The notes under the pieces were generated by a model, which was not told the origin of the DNA, did not search any database, and saw only the letters and a program-made list of their open reading frames with translations. Both the position numbers and the translations under genes were made by a program. Of a DNA stretch of 64,000 bases, positions 1-9,421 are shown piece by piece. The stretch covers positions 192,071 to 256,070 of the forward strand of contig SCSM01000007.1 of assembly GCA_004322215.1 (NCBI GenBank), in the 5' to 3' direction. Origin of the DNA: Bacteroidota bacterium (GTDB taxonomy: Bacteria > Bacteroidota > Ignavibacteria > Kapaibacteriales > UBA2268). Within the stretch, counting starts at the first letter, position 1. Each line of letters begins with the position of its first letter.

Positions 1-509
1 ATTTGAAAATCACCCACACCCGGGGCTGATTCTGAAACTTCCTGAAAATCATGTATTGACTTATCATCTGCCGGTTTTTTAAAAAGAATATCATTACCGG
101 GAAATTTCAATATGTTACTTAAACATGAAATAATATAATCAATATTTTTTAAGATATTGGCTTTGACTTCGCTATCGGTAATCAGAAGCAAATCACTTAG
201 CTGATTGACGGCAGAGTGAAAAATATCGAACATATAAACCATTGGCGATATTTCACCCTTTTTCATAGCAGAAAACACACTTTCCAAAGATTGACACAGT
301 TTTTCTATTGTCCTTAAATTCACTGCCCTGGCAGCACCTTTCAAGCTGTGGACCTCACGAAAAACCGATTCGATAGTTACACCGGAATTATCACTGTCTT
401 GCTTTTCGAGCTCGAGTAAACCATTAGCCAAATGCTTCAAATGCTCTTCGGCTTCTATACGGAAAGTAGCCAACAGTTTCTTCTGAAATTCTTTTTCTTT
501 TGCATCCAT
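1..509 (-). CDS. cheA: Chemotaxis histidine kinase CheA, N-terminal HPt (P1) domain only; gene continues past window start
   Basis: Not in ORF track because it runs off the edge. Reverse translation from ATG at 509..507 gives MDAKEKEFQKKLLATFRIEAEEHLKHLANGLLELEKQD...VFREVHSLKGAARAVNLRTIEKLCQSLESVF, a histidine phosphotransfer domain with the HSLKG phospho-His motif typical of CheA P1; lies in the che operon. Confidence 0.8.
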   Translation of the reverse strand, partial: MDAKEKEFQKKLLATFRIEAEEHLKHLANGLLELEKQDSDNSGVTIESVFREVHSLKGAARAVNLRTIEKLCQSLESVFSAMKKGEISPMVYMFDIFHSAVNQLSDLLLITDSEVKANILKNIDYIISCLSNILKFPGNDILFKKPADDKSIHDFQEVSESAPGVGDFQ

Positions 510-601
510 CGTTTTGTTAATTTTCTGTCATATTAATCAAACAAATCAAAAATTCACATTATTTTTTTAAAATTGTGAATCGTTAAATTTTTAAATGTTA
601 A

Positions 602-2239
602 TTATATTTTAAACCTTTCCGAAATTTCCTTTAATTTTGAACCGAGCGATTTCAGGTTTTCAGCAGAAACCTCAACCTGTCTCGTACTTGCAACGTTTTC
701 GGAGCTTGCCTGCTTAATGCTATCCATAGCAACGACAATCTGCTCCATACCAACCAACTGTTGTTGTGTCGATGCAGATACTTGTGTCGCTGCCTGCCTG
801 GCTTCGGAAATATTGTCGGCAAGCATCTTGATTGATTCGCCGGCTTCCATAGCTTGCTTTACACCGTTTTCAACTGCCCTGTTCCCCTGTTCGGTAGCCA
901 TAACAGCCGAACTTGTAGCTTTTTGTACATCGCCAAGTATCATCCGAACCTGGGAAGTGGCTTTCTTTGCCTGGTCGGCAAGTTCTTTCACTTCCTGAGC
1001 TACGACACTGAATCCCTTGCCCTGCTCGCCTGCCCTTGCTGCTTCGATAGCAGCATTAACAGCTAATAAGTTTACCTGCTCTGCTATATCGTTTACGGAT
1101 GCTGCTATTTCTCCGATTGCCTGTCCCTTTTCACTAAGCAGAATAATCTTTTCGGCAACGCTTTCCATCTGTTCACGAATGAGGTTCATTGCCTCGATGT
1201 TTTCTTCGACAGACCTGGCTCCGCTTTCGGATATTTGTACAGTTTTGACAGCGAGGTCGTAAACGTATTTTGCCTTCTGGCTGACTAAATCAGAAGTCTG
1301 TTTTACTTCTTCGACAGTAGTACTCGTTTCGGTAATCGCAGTAGCAGTTTCGGAAGCGCTGCGGGCTACCTGGGCAGAAGCTGCAGCTATTTCGCTTGCT
1401 GATGTAGATAAAACATTGATTCCTTCGGCTGATTCTTTCGTTATATTTTTAAAGGCATCAACCATTTTCCTGAAGGATTGATTTAGTAATCCTACTTCAT
1501 CTTTACGTTCAGTGGCTTGTATATTGACTGTCAAATCTCCACCTGCAACAGATTCTGATACAGTAGATACAACCCTCAATGGCTTTGCAATTAAACCATT
1601 GAATATCAGTACAATCCCAAAACCAAAGACAACAGAAATTATTGCAAGAATTATGAATAATGTATTCGCATTGGCTGCATCCTTATCCGAAGCATCTACA
1701 TTTCTTTTGGCGATATTTTCAATTTCAACTATTAAATTATCGGCTAATATTTTCATTTTTTGATTGCGTTCAGCTTGAATACCTAAAGCATTTTTTATGG
1801 TTTCCTGTGTATTACCTGCAAAAATTAAAGGTATTTGTACTTTATCTCTTGTTTCATTGAATAATCTTCGAATTTCAACAAATTCATTAAATTTAGAATT
1901 TAATTTTGGGTATTTGTTTATATAATTTCTTAATTTGTCTATAAATGATTCACTAATTTCTTTTCGCTCCTGAATATCCTTATAATACTTTTCCTGTTCG
2001 CTTCGGTCCTTTTGTATAATCATCATAAGTAAATTTGAACGATTACCATTTTGATTAGCACGTAAATCTTTCATCGCTATAGCAGCTTCAAAATCATCAT
2101 GTAAAATTGTATTCTGTGATTTCTGCATTTCACTTATCACATTATTAGCAATCACAACTATACCTAGCAACAATACTATCATTATTCCAAAACCAAACAA
2201 CAGTTTGTTGCGGATACCCATATTCATCAGCCATTTCAT
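602..2239 (-). CDS. Methyl-accepting chemotaxis protein (N-terminal TM helix, HAMP, MCP signalling domain)
   Basis: 545 aa; N-terminal hydrophobic segment, second TM ~res 190-215, HAMP-like linker, conserved MCP signalling core ...LLAVNAAIEAARAGEQGKGFSVVAQEVKELA... Confidence 0.85.
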   Translation of the reverse strand: MKWLMNMGIRNKLLFGFGIMIVLLLGIVVIANNVISEMQKSQNTILHDDFEAAIAMKDLRANQNGNRSNLLMMIIQKDRSEQEKYYKDIQERKEISESFIDKLRNYINKYPKLNSKFNEFVEIRRLFNETRDKVQIPLIFAGNTQETIKNALGIQAERNQKMKILADNLIVEIENIAKRNVDASDKDAANANTLFIILAIISVVFGFGIVLIFNGLIAKPLRVVSTVSESVAGGDLTVNIQATERKDEVGLLNQSFRKMVDAFKNITKESAEGINVLSTSASEIAAASAQVARSASETATAITETSTTVEEVKQTSDLVSQKAKYVYDLAVKTVQISESGARSVEENIEAMNLIREQMESVAEKIILLSEKGQAIGEIAASVNDIAEQVNLLAVNAAIEAARAGEQGKGFSVVAQEVKELADQAKKATSQVRMILGDVQKATSSAVMATEQGNRAVENGVKQAMEAGESIKMLADNISEARQAATQVSASTQQQLVGMEQIVVAMDSIKQASSENVASTRQVEVSAENLKSLGSKLKEISERFKI

Positions 2240-2385
2240 AACAACTCCATATAAAAGTTTTACAATATCATATAATTTTCATTTAAATGTCAGAAAATTG
2301 ATTATTGTGATTTTAATGATTATTTAATTTTCAATCACATTAATCATATAAATCAAATAAATCACATTTCAGATTTATTTTTCTT

Positions 2386-2991
2386 TTAACCGATTTCATC
2401 CTTAACGATAAACCTTTTATCAGTAAGAATCTTTTCGCAATTCAATATAATTACACCGTCATTCGTAACGCCTTTCAGAAATTCATCGCTGATACTTTTG
2501 ACCCTGGGAACTTCTTTTTGGAGTTCATCAACCCTGACCGAGCAAACATCAACAATCGAGTCAGCAAGTACACCGAACTGCATCTCCGAATTTTCTATAA
2601 GGATAATTTTATTAAAGTCTGTAATTCCTTTGTCCGGTAAGGAAAAAAATTTGCGAATATCCACTACGGAAACAACTTTGCCACGAACATTAACTATTCC
2701 CACAATGAGTGGTGGTGTGCAAGGAACCGGGGTAAACTCCTTTAACGGATAAACTTCTTTTACATAGCCGAGTTCAAAACCATAAATTTCATTTGACAAC
2801 TGAAATTCGATAATTTCAATTAATTCGACATCCATTTTAATCGAAGGTTCTTTAGCGAGTTCGATTGCCCTTTGTTTCAGAATCTTAATTATTGTAGCTT
2901 CATCGGCATACCCCATACCGATATTTTCAGACCTCCTAACAACTTCTTTAATGTTTTCCCAATCAAAACTCTTTGTCATTTTTTCAGTCAT
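2386..2991 (-). CDS. CheW-like coupling protein with N-terminal extension
   Basis: 201 aa; CheW-domain pattern (..GFELGYVKEV..PLIVGIVNVRGKVVSVVDIRK..) inside chemotaxis operon. Confidence 0.65.
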   Translation of the reverse strand: MTEKMTKSFDWENIKEVVRRSENIGMGYADEATIIKILKQRAIELAKEPSIKMDVELIEIIEFQLSNEIYGFELGYVKEVYPLKEFTPVPCTPPLIVGIVNVRGKVVSVVDIRKFFSLPDKGITDFNKIILIENSEMQFGVLADSIVDVCSVRVDELQKEVPRVKSISDEFLKGVTNDGVIILNCEKILTDKRFIVKDEIG

Positions 2992-3000
2992 TAATTCACC

Positions 3001-4524
3001 TTAATAAATAGATTCGGATAAATGTGAAATAATTTCTTTCAATCTGCCTGCAGTGATTCCGGAAGATTCAGGAATAATTTCGTCATCATTAAAATTTTTC
3101 AGCAGGTTTCCTGCATTTTTAAAATATTTTTTCGACTCAGTTATTTTTCCCAGTTTAAGGAACAAATTTCCAAGTCCGAAATGAGCAATCACGAACCTGG
3201 AATCGAGATATATTGCTTTTTTCAGCCAATCAACAGCTTCTCCGTATTTTCCGGATTCCTGTGAAATCGTTGAGAGGAGATAATATGGTTCGGGATTCAG
3301 TTTGTCAATTTCGATTGCTTTTTTACAGTAGGCGATTGATTCTTCGGATAATCCCCTGTTTCCCGCAATTTTAGCTAATAAAATAATTACATCTGAATTT
3401 TTATTTTCTGTTTCTGAAAAAGATTTTAATATTTTTTCGGAACCTATATAATCACCTTTGTCAAACAGGGATGTGGCAATTTCCAATGATTGGTTTGACT
3501 GAGTTAAGGAATTGTCTTCCTTTTTTATTTTTTTCGGCTCTTTATTAATTTTCTTAGGTATAAGATTTACAATCCTTGGAAATTTCTGAATCCTTAAAAA
3601 ATCATTTTCAGATAATTCATTTTCTATCTGTATAAATTTTTCCTGGGGTTTAAAAACATAAGATTCGGGAATATAATCCGTTTTGTTCTTTTTATACAAA
3701 ATCACATCCGGGAAATACAATGTCTCGTAAGCACCGAACAAAAGATGAGAAGCCTCACTCGGACTGACAATCAGCAAGCCGGTATCGCTTAGCGAATGGA
3801 AGAATTTTTCAATGGATTTGTTCATCAAATCCTGGGTAAAATACATCATTACGTTACGGCAAAATATAATGTCGAATGCAAATAAATTGTGTAGCATCGA
3901 AGGAAATGGGTCAAGAGCTAGATTATGGTATACAAATGTTACCATATCTTTGATTTGCTTCTTGATTTTGAAATGTCCTTTGGGGTTTTCATCAAAATAA
4001 TTAATTTTCAGCCAATCCGGGGAATTGCGGAAAGACCAATCCTTATAAACACCATCATTTGCTTTCTTTAATGATTTCGGATTGATATCGGTAGCCATAA
4101 TAGTTATTTTCCAGTTTTCGATATCGCTTATAATTCTGTGCAGCATAATTGCAATTGAATATGCCTCTTCTCCGGTAGAACAGCCGGCGGACCAAATTCT
4201 CAATCTTTTATCTTTTACGGTATTGACAGGTAAAATTTCATCTTTAATAATTTTTTCGACCGAATGAAAATATTTTATATCCCTGAAGAAATATGTTTCA
4301 CCTATTGTAAAATGTGTTGAAAGTTTTTCTATCTCGTTACTTGTAAGCCCGGAATCAGGCAGCCACTCAATAAATTTTGAGAAATCATCGAAGCCGAAAT
4401 CCTTTCTTGCGTTATACAAGCCATGTTCAAGTTCGCCGAATCTTTCTTTTGGGAAATTCAGACCGAGTTTAGAGGATATAAATCCGCTAAGCAAATATGC
4501 GGTTTTCTCGGGAATCCGATTCAT
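3001..4524 (-). CDS. cheR: Chemotaxis protein methyltransferase CheR fused to C-terminal TPR repeats
   Basis: 507 aa; CheR SAM-MTase signatures (YFFRD.., RIWSAGCSTGEEAYSIAIML, FDIIFCRNVMMYF) followed by TPR-like repeats (AIEIDKLNPEPYYLLS.., YGEAVDWLKKAIYLD). Confidence 0.85.
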   Translation of the reverse strand: MNRIPEKTAYLLSGFISSKLGLNFPKERFGELEHGLYNARKDFGFDDFSKFIEWLPDSGLTSNEIEKLSTHFTIGETYFFRDIKYFHSVEKIIKDEILPVNTVKDKRLRIWSAGCSTGEEAYSIAIMLHRIISDIENWKITIMATDINPKSLKKANDGVYKDWSFRNSPDWLKINYFDENPKGHFKIKKQIKDMVTFVYHNLALDPFPSMLHNLFAFDIIFCRNVMMYFTQDLMNKSIEKFFHSLSDTGLLIVSPSEASHLLFGAYETLYFPDVILYKKNKTDYIPESYVFKPQEKFIQIENELSENDFLRIQKFPRIVNLIPKKINKEPKKIKKEDNSLTQSNQSLEIATSLFDKGDYIGSEKILKSFSETENKNSDVIILLAKIAGNRGLSEESIAYCKKAIEIDKLNPEPYYLLSTISQESGKYGEAVDWLKKAIYLDSRFVIAHFGLGNLFLKLGKITESKKYFKNAGNLLKNFNDDEIIPESSGITAGRLKEIISHLSESIY

Positions 4525-4577
4525 AAATTAGCGATAATCTATTGATTATTTTAATTGTACTATAATATAAACATAAG

Positions 4578-5039
4578 CTAACTAAGCTTTTCTAAAGCTT
4601 TGTTAAGCATTATTTCTTCTTCGAACGATAAAAAATCATCTACATCAGATATATAAATAATATCATCTTTTAATTTTGAAATACCTTTTATATGTTTAAG
4701 CGTCGGTATAACCGAAGTCGAATCCATAATTTCATCCTCCGATATTCTTTCAATACCTTCAGTTTCGTCCACAAGTAATCCTATGAGACGGTTTGGTGTA
4801 TTAATTAAAATGATTTGGTCTGACAGTTCAATATTCTTTTCATTTATACCTATTCTGAGCCGTATATCTGCAACAGGAACAAATCTGCCCTGAACGTTAA
4901 TAATACCTCGAATAAAGTGCGGTGCCTCTGGCAAGTGTGTTATATTAACGATAGAAATTACTTTTTGAACATTCTTCAATTGAACAGCATATCGCTGTGA
5001 ATCACAATGGAATAACAATAGTTCTCTTAAATTTTCCAT
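4578..5039 (-). CDS. cheW: Chemotaxis coupling protein CheW
   Basis: 153 aa single CheW domain (..HFIRGIINVQGRFVPVADIRLRIG..LIGLLVDETEG..). Confidence 0.85.
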   Translation of the reverse strand: MENLRELLLFHCDSQRYAVQLKNVQKVISIVNITHLPEAPHFIRGIINVQGRFVPVADIRLRIGINEKNIELSDQIILINTPNRLIGLLVDETEGIERISEDEIMDSTSVIPTLKHIKGISKLKDDIIYISDVDDFLSFEEEIMLNKALEKLS

Positions 5040-5460
5040 TTGTCATATTAGTAAAAATATAAACCTATAAACTTATTACTAAACAAATCTTAATATTTAT
5101 TCAATACCACTACGATATTACATTAGTAAAAAATTCTTTTGTATAAAATAAATATAAATAAAAATAAATAAAAAATCAATACTGTATAGAAATATTTTAT
5201 ATTTTTAAGAGAATTAGATAATCAATATAAGTATTCGTAGAATTTTGGTACGGTCATAATATTATTTGAAGATTATTAATAAGATTTGATATAAAATATT
5301 TATAAGAATTTTTAATATTTCATATAAAAGATTCGGAATTAGTTTATATATAGAAGTATTAGTAGGTTTTTGATAATTTTTTTTTGAATTTATAATTGGA
5401 TATAACAAAAAATAAGAAATCGAAATTGATATGATTATAATATCAACATTAAAAAATGTT

Positions 5461-5483
5461 GGGGAGTTATGCACTCCCCAAAG
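5461..5483 (-). terminator. Rho-independent terminator of the tetR-cupin operon
   Basis: 9-bp perfect stem TTGGGGAGT/ACTCCCCAA with 5-nt loop; on the minus-strand transcript it is followed by CAUUUUUU; sits 13 nt after the cupin stop (5496). Confidence 0.7.
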
Positions 5484-5495
5484 TCATTATCATTA

Positions 5496-5813
5496 TTATA
5501 AGTTAAGAATTTTCGTTACCAGGATCCTCAAGGGCTTATCACTGTTATTTCTCCAGCCACGTTCCAATTCGGCGGGACTGGGTATTAATGTATCCCTGGA
5601 CACTTCTTGAACTTCATTGCCGATAGAGGCGATGCCCGAACCGTCAAGTATGTAAAATAATGCATTTAAATTCATTGTGTGTTTTGGCAAGGACTCTCCC
5701 GGATTAAGAGTAATATGTAAAATTTGAATTTTATCATCCTGAAATAAAATCCTGACATCCACATTATGAGGATTTGGATTCACCGGTAAATTTTTATAAG
5801 TGATTGTTTCCAT
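5496..5813 (-). CDS. Cupin-domain protein
   Basis: 105 aa; small beta-barrel cupin-2-like pattern (..HITLNPGESLPKHTMNLNALFYILDGSGIA..). Confidence 0.55.
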   Translation of the reverse strand: METITYKNLPVNPNPHNVDVRILFQDDKIQILHITLNPGESLPKHTMNLNALFYILDGSGIASIGNEVQEVSRDTLIPSPAELERGWRNNSDKPLRILVTKILNL

Positions 5814-5837
5814 TTTTTATTATTTAAATTTAAAATT

Positions 5838-6587
5838 TTATACTTTTCTTCTTTTAGATGTAATAATCTGTACTGCCACAACCAGTACTGTAGCACCGAT
5901 AATCAGTAAATGTCCTGTTGTGTCATGTTCCGAAGTTGAATGAACCGCTTGACTAACTGTTCCATTTTCATGTTTTACATTACCGTGACCATCAGCTTGT
6001 GAATGCTCTACCGAGTGTGCCGGCAATTTCGAAGCAGCATTGTAGATTCCTTCGACATAGTGCATGAATGTAACATATTTCTCTACAAATTCCCTGCCTG
6101 CCCCAACATTATTTTTATCGAAGTTCTTTGCAGTAATCATATTATTAAATTTAACTGAAACACCTACCTGAATATGTTGGTTCAACAACTTGAGGACATC
6201 TGAATCAGAACTTGATTCGAGAGCTTTATCAGATGCCTGAATCGGTGGTTCTATTTCAGTGTCTTCTTTTATACCTGTATATGGGGCGCCTTCACCCTGC
6301 CTGTGAATTCGGACGAGCGTCTCAAAGAAATAATTATCGGCAAGTTCCTGCACTTTCGGATTTGTTTTTCTGACATCTAATGTATTTTTAAAAGCTTTTT
6401 TAATTATCTCTTCTGCATCAGGTTTTACCCAAATCAGAACAAGATTAACATTCCCTGTTTTTATGGCTTCTTTTGCTGCACTAATAACTGGACCGCTTTT
6501 TGTATCGCAATGCGAATAAGCATCCTGAATTGATACGGAGCCAATTAAGATTGAGAGTATAAACGAAAATAAAAAAGATTTCTTCAT
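5838..6587 (-). CDS. Hypothetical secreted protein with His-rich C-terminal region and C-terminal TM anchor
   Basis: 249 aa; signal peptide MKKSFLFSFILSILIGSVSIQDAYS, His-rich stretch HSVEHSQADGHGNVKHENGTVSQAVHSTSEHDTTGH, terminal hydrophobic helix + RRKV. No family recognised. Confidence 0.5.
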   Translation of the reverse strand: MKKSFLFSFILSILIGSVSIQDAYSHCDTKSGPVISAAKEAIKTGNVNLVLIWVKPDAEEIIKKAFKNTLDVRKTNPKVQELADNYFFETLVRIHRQGEGAPYTGIKEDTEIEPPIQASDKALESSSDSDVLKLLNQHIQVGVSVKFNNMITAKNFDKNNVGAGREFVEKYVTFMHYVEGIYNAASKLPAHSVEHSQADGHGNVKHENGTVSQAVHSTSEHDTTGHLLIIGATVLVVAVQIITSKRRKV

Positions 6588-6624
6588 GGTATTTTTCCTT
6601 GTTTATATATAAAATTATTGAATA

Positions 6625-7170
6625 TTAACTTTCTGCCAATTCGTGCGCAATTTGATGAAAGCGTTCATGTACTCCTTCACCAACTTCCTCAGTTTCAACT
6701 TTATTGAATGATTGAACAAGCTCTTCCTGAATTTCAGGTCTTAGTACATTATCAGCCATATTGAAAAGAATTTCGTTTTCTTTATAAATATGATTTCTTA
6801 AAAGAGTAATGTAGCCCCTAAGATTGGATGATAACTTTTCGATGTCCGATTTTTCCAAATCATCATTTACTGAAACAATTTCGAACATATTTTTAATAAA
6901 TTTTCTACCCTCCTGGTGTTCATAGAGCATGACTCCAACCGGACCAGAATCTCCGTCAAATCCATTATCAATCATTTTAGGAAAAAGTAATTTTTCCTCT
7001 TTGATGTGATGACATCCATCAGTGAAATGCCTTGAAAAATCAATAAATTTTCTGATTCTTTCAATATTGACTTTCCCGTTTAATTCTATATCATGAAGCA
7101 GTTTTTCTGCACCCGAGAGTGCAAGCATTACCACCTGATGTTCATGTCTTAAAATATCTGTTGCTGACAT
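6625..7170 (-). CDS. Hemerythrin-like (HHE cation-binding) domain protein
   Basis: 181 aa; ILRHEHQVV...H...YEHQEG...HIYKENEILF spacing of His/Glu ligands typical of hemerythrin-like domains. Confidence 0.6.
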   Translation of the reverse strand: MSATDILRHEHQVVMLALSGAEKLLHDIELNGKVNIERIRKFIDFSRHFTDGCHHIKEEKLLFPKMIDNGFDGDSGPVGVMLYEHQEGRKFIKNMFEIVSVNDDLEKSDIEKLSSNLRGYITLLRNHIYKENEILFNMADNVLRPEIQEELVQSFNKVETEEVGEGVHERFHQIAHELAES

Positions 7171-7198
7171 ATTTTTACCTCTATATATATAAAAATTG

Positions 7199-7798
7199 TT
7201 AATTATGTTTTTTATTTTTATTCAAAAGAATTTGCAATATTTTAAAAAATTTTTCTCCGGTTCCAATTAATGAAAAATTATTGTTCGAACGTTTCCATCT
7301 GAGCAAAGTTAAGCGGATATACCCCTGAATCATCGCCGCTACGGTCTCACTTTCGACATCAATAAAAATCCCCTGCATAATACCTTCGTCAATAATATTT
7401 AACAAAGTAGAATGCCGCTTTTTAATAATCAATTTCAAATCATTTGAAACGGTTGTGTTATGCTCAAAAATTTCTTCAGCCATGAAAATCGAAACGAGTG
7501 CCGGAAATTGTGTAAATAAATTCATATTGTAGAGAATGAAATGCTTTAATTTTTTATCTGCTTGTTTAATATTATCGAGTGAAATAAATAAGTCCTCGCT
7601 TAATCTGTGAATCCTTATTATGATTCCCTTAATTATCTCGTCCTTGCTTTTAAAATGACGGTAGATGGCGGCTTCCGAAATACCGACTTGATTACCAAGT
7701 TCACGTATTGACAATGCAGAAAAACCATTGCTGTGAATGAGAGAAATTGCCTCATCAATAATCTGTTCCTGTCTTAATTCTGTCTTTAATCTTTTCAT
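7199..7798 (-). CDS. TetR/AcrR family transcriptional regulator
   Basis: 199 aa; N-terminal HTH ..FSALSIRELGNQVGISEAAIYRHFKSKDEI.. characteristic of TetR_N. Confidence 0.85.
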   Translation of the reverse strand: MKRLKTELRQEQIIDEAISLIHSNGFSALSIRELGNQVGISEAAIYRHFKSKDEIIKGIIIRIHRLSEDLFISLDNIKQADKKLKHFILYNMNLFTQFPALVSIFMAEEIFEHNTTVSNDLKLIIKKRHSTLLNIIDEGIMQGIFIDVESETVAAMIQGYIRLTLLRWKRSNNNFSLIGTGEKFFKILQILLNKNKKHN

Positions 7799-7828
7799 AA
7801 TTTCAATTATTTTTTAATACAAATATAA

Positions 7829-7848
7829 GTTAGTTAACGTTAACTAAC
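7829..7848. promoter_or_regulatory. Perfect 20-bp palindrome GTTAGTTAACGTTAACTAAC, putative TetR operator
   Basis: Exact self-reverse-complement checked base by base; 31 nt upstream of the tetR start codon (7798, minus strand), typical position for an autoregulatory TetR operator. Confidence 0.6.
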
Positions 7849-7924
7849 AAATATTATTTTAAAAAAATCAAAAATTTTTAAAAATATTTTTTGTTACATC
7901 AAGTAGTTGAAATTAATAATCGGT

Positions 7925-9190
7925 TTAATCTTTACGGTTATTTTCTTTATTATACACGATAAGCCGGGCTCCGGGTTGATTGGTAATGTAATACCAGAAC
8001 CACTCAAACATTACCCTGAACCGGTTCCTGAAATTTATTATGAATAAGATGTGGACAAATGACCAAACGAGCCATGCAAAAAAACCGGAAAATTTTATTT
8101 TTCCAAATAATGCAATTGCTTTTGCTTTTCCTATGGTTGCAAGGTTCCCTTTGTCAAAATATTTGAATTGACCAGGTTTATAATTGGTTTTCCTGTTTGA
8201 AATCAATTTTGCAACATACTTTGCTTCCTGCATAGCAACAGGAGCAAGACCCGGAAGTAAATCTCCCCGAAAATCAACAAAATGTGCAGAATCACCTATA
8301 ACATAGGCATTATCGAAACCGGGAATTGTGAAATCACTATTTACAATTATTCTGCCTGAATTATCAAGTTCAACATTTAATGATTTCAATAAAACCGATG
8401 CTTCGTTCCCTGCAGCCCAAATTACATTCGAGGTCTCGATAATTTCATTCGGAGTATAAACCTTGTCGTAGTCAATATTTGTTACTCTCGTATTTAATAA
8501 TATATTAACACCCAGTTCTGTTAACGACTTATAAGTATATTCCGAAAGTTCAACAGGAAAATTTGGTATTAATCTATAATGTGATTCTATAAGATAAATT
8601 TTAATATCATCATATTTTAAAATAGGAAAATCAGGCAACATTGTTTTACGGGCAATTTCGGCAATGGCACCTGACAATTCGACACCTGTCGGTCCTCCGC
8701 CTATAATTACAAAGTTTAGATATTTCTTTGCCTCCGGCTTCCCATATACCCTTTCTGCATATTCAAATGATTTTAAGACCTGTTCCCTGATTGTTAATGC
8801 ATCTTTTAAAGTCTTTAGACCTTGAGCATATTTTTCCCAGTTATCATGTCCATAATAAGATTGATTTGAACCCGGGGCAAGTATCAGATAATCATATTGA
8901 AGCTCGCCGTCTTTGAAGAATACTTTTCTTTCATTTAAGTCTATTTTCAGTGCCTCATCCATTATTACCTGCACGTTTCTTTGATTTCTCAAAATGGAAC
9001 GCAAGGGAATCGCAATATCCCCGGGTGAAAGAGCTGAAGTTGCTACCTGATATAATAGTGGTTGGAACAAATGATGATTTGTTTTGTCAATCAATACAAT
9101 ATCAACATTTGCTTTCTTCAATGATTTCGCAGCAGTCAAACCACCAAACCCACCACCAATAATTATTACTCTTGGCTTCGATAATTGCAT
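7925..9190 (-). CDS. ndh: Type II NADH dehydrogenase (NDH-2), FAD-dependent pyridine nucleotide-disulfide oxidoreductase
   Basis: 421 aa; two dinucleotide folds IIIGGGFGGLTAAKSL and FVIIGGGPTGVELSGAIAE, C-terminal membrane-anchoring helices. Confidence 0.85.
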   Translation of the reverse strand: MQLSKPRVIIIGGGFGGLTAAKSLKKANVDIVLIDKTNHHLFQPLLYQVATSALSPGDIAIPLRSILRNQRNVQVIMDEALKIDLNERKVFFKDGELQYDYLILAPGSNQSYYGHDNWEKYAQGLKTLKDALTIREQVLKSFEYAERVYGKPEAKKYLNFVIIGGGPTGVELSGAIAEIARKTMLPDFPILKYDDIKIYLIESHYRLIPNFPVELSEYTYKSLTELGVNILLNTRVTNIDYDKVYTPNEIIETSNVIWAAGNEASVLLKSLNVELDNSGRIIVNSDFTIPGFDNAYVIGDSAHFVDFRGDLLPGLAPVAMQEAKYVAKLISNRKTNYKPGQFKYFDKGNLATIGKAKAIALFGKIKFSGFFAWLVWSFVHILFIINFRNRFRVMFEWFWYYITNQPGARLIVYNKENNRKD

Positions 9191-9421
9191 AATTATTAAT
9201 TTAAGACAATAATATCTGAAATTAAATTGACGAATAATTAATATCTATTGTTTTGATTTATGATTAAAAATAATAAAACTTTTGTTGTTATTAGCTGCTT
9301 TATTTATTATTTATTTTTAATATTTAGCTTAGATAATTTTATTTAATTTTACGTTTTCTAAATTAAGAATAACTAAATATTATTTTTTCTTTTTGTATAG
9401 AATTTTTATAAGGTATAAATA

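Noticed and set aside
515-601. Inverted repeat ATTCACA-N15-TGTGAAT between mcp and cheA
   Set aside because: 15-nt AT loop and no flanking U-tract make a terminator unlikely; could be a protein-binding site but evidence too thin to call.
717-1262. Three overlapping plus-strand ORFs (93, 70, 81 aa)
   Set aside because: Antisense to the MCP signalling-domain coding sequence; shadow ORFs.
4084-4125. GATATC sites (4084-4089, 4120-4125; also 18139-18144, ~33800) examined for avoidance as evidence for R-M specificity
   Set aside because: Sites are not depleted, which is uninformative: a host carrying an active M.EcoRV-like methylase need not avoid them. Cannot be used to confirm or refute specificity.
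5262-5474. 70-aa minus-strand ORF in the che upstream region
   Set aside because: Composed almost entirely of Ile/Asn/Lys/Tyr codons from >85% AT DNA, overlaps the tetR-operon terminator hairpin, no start context; treated as spurious.
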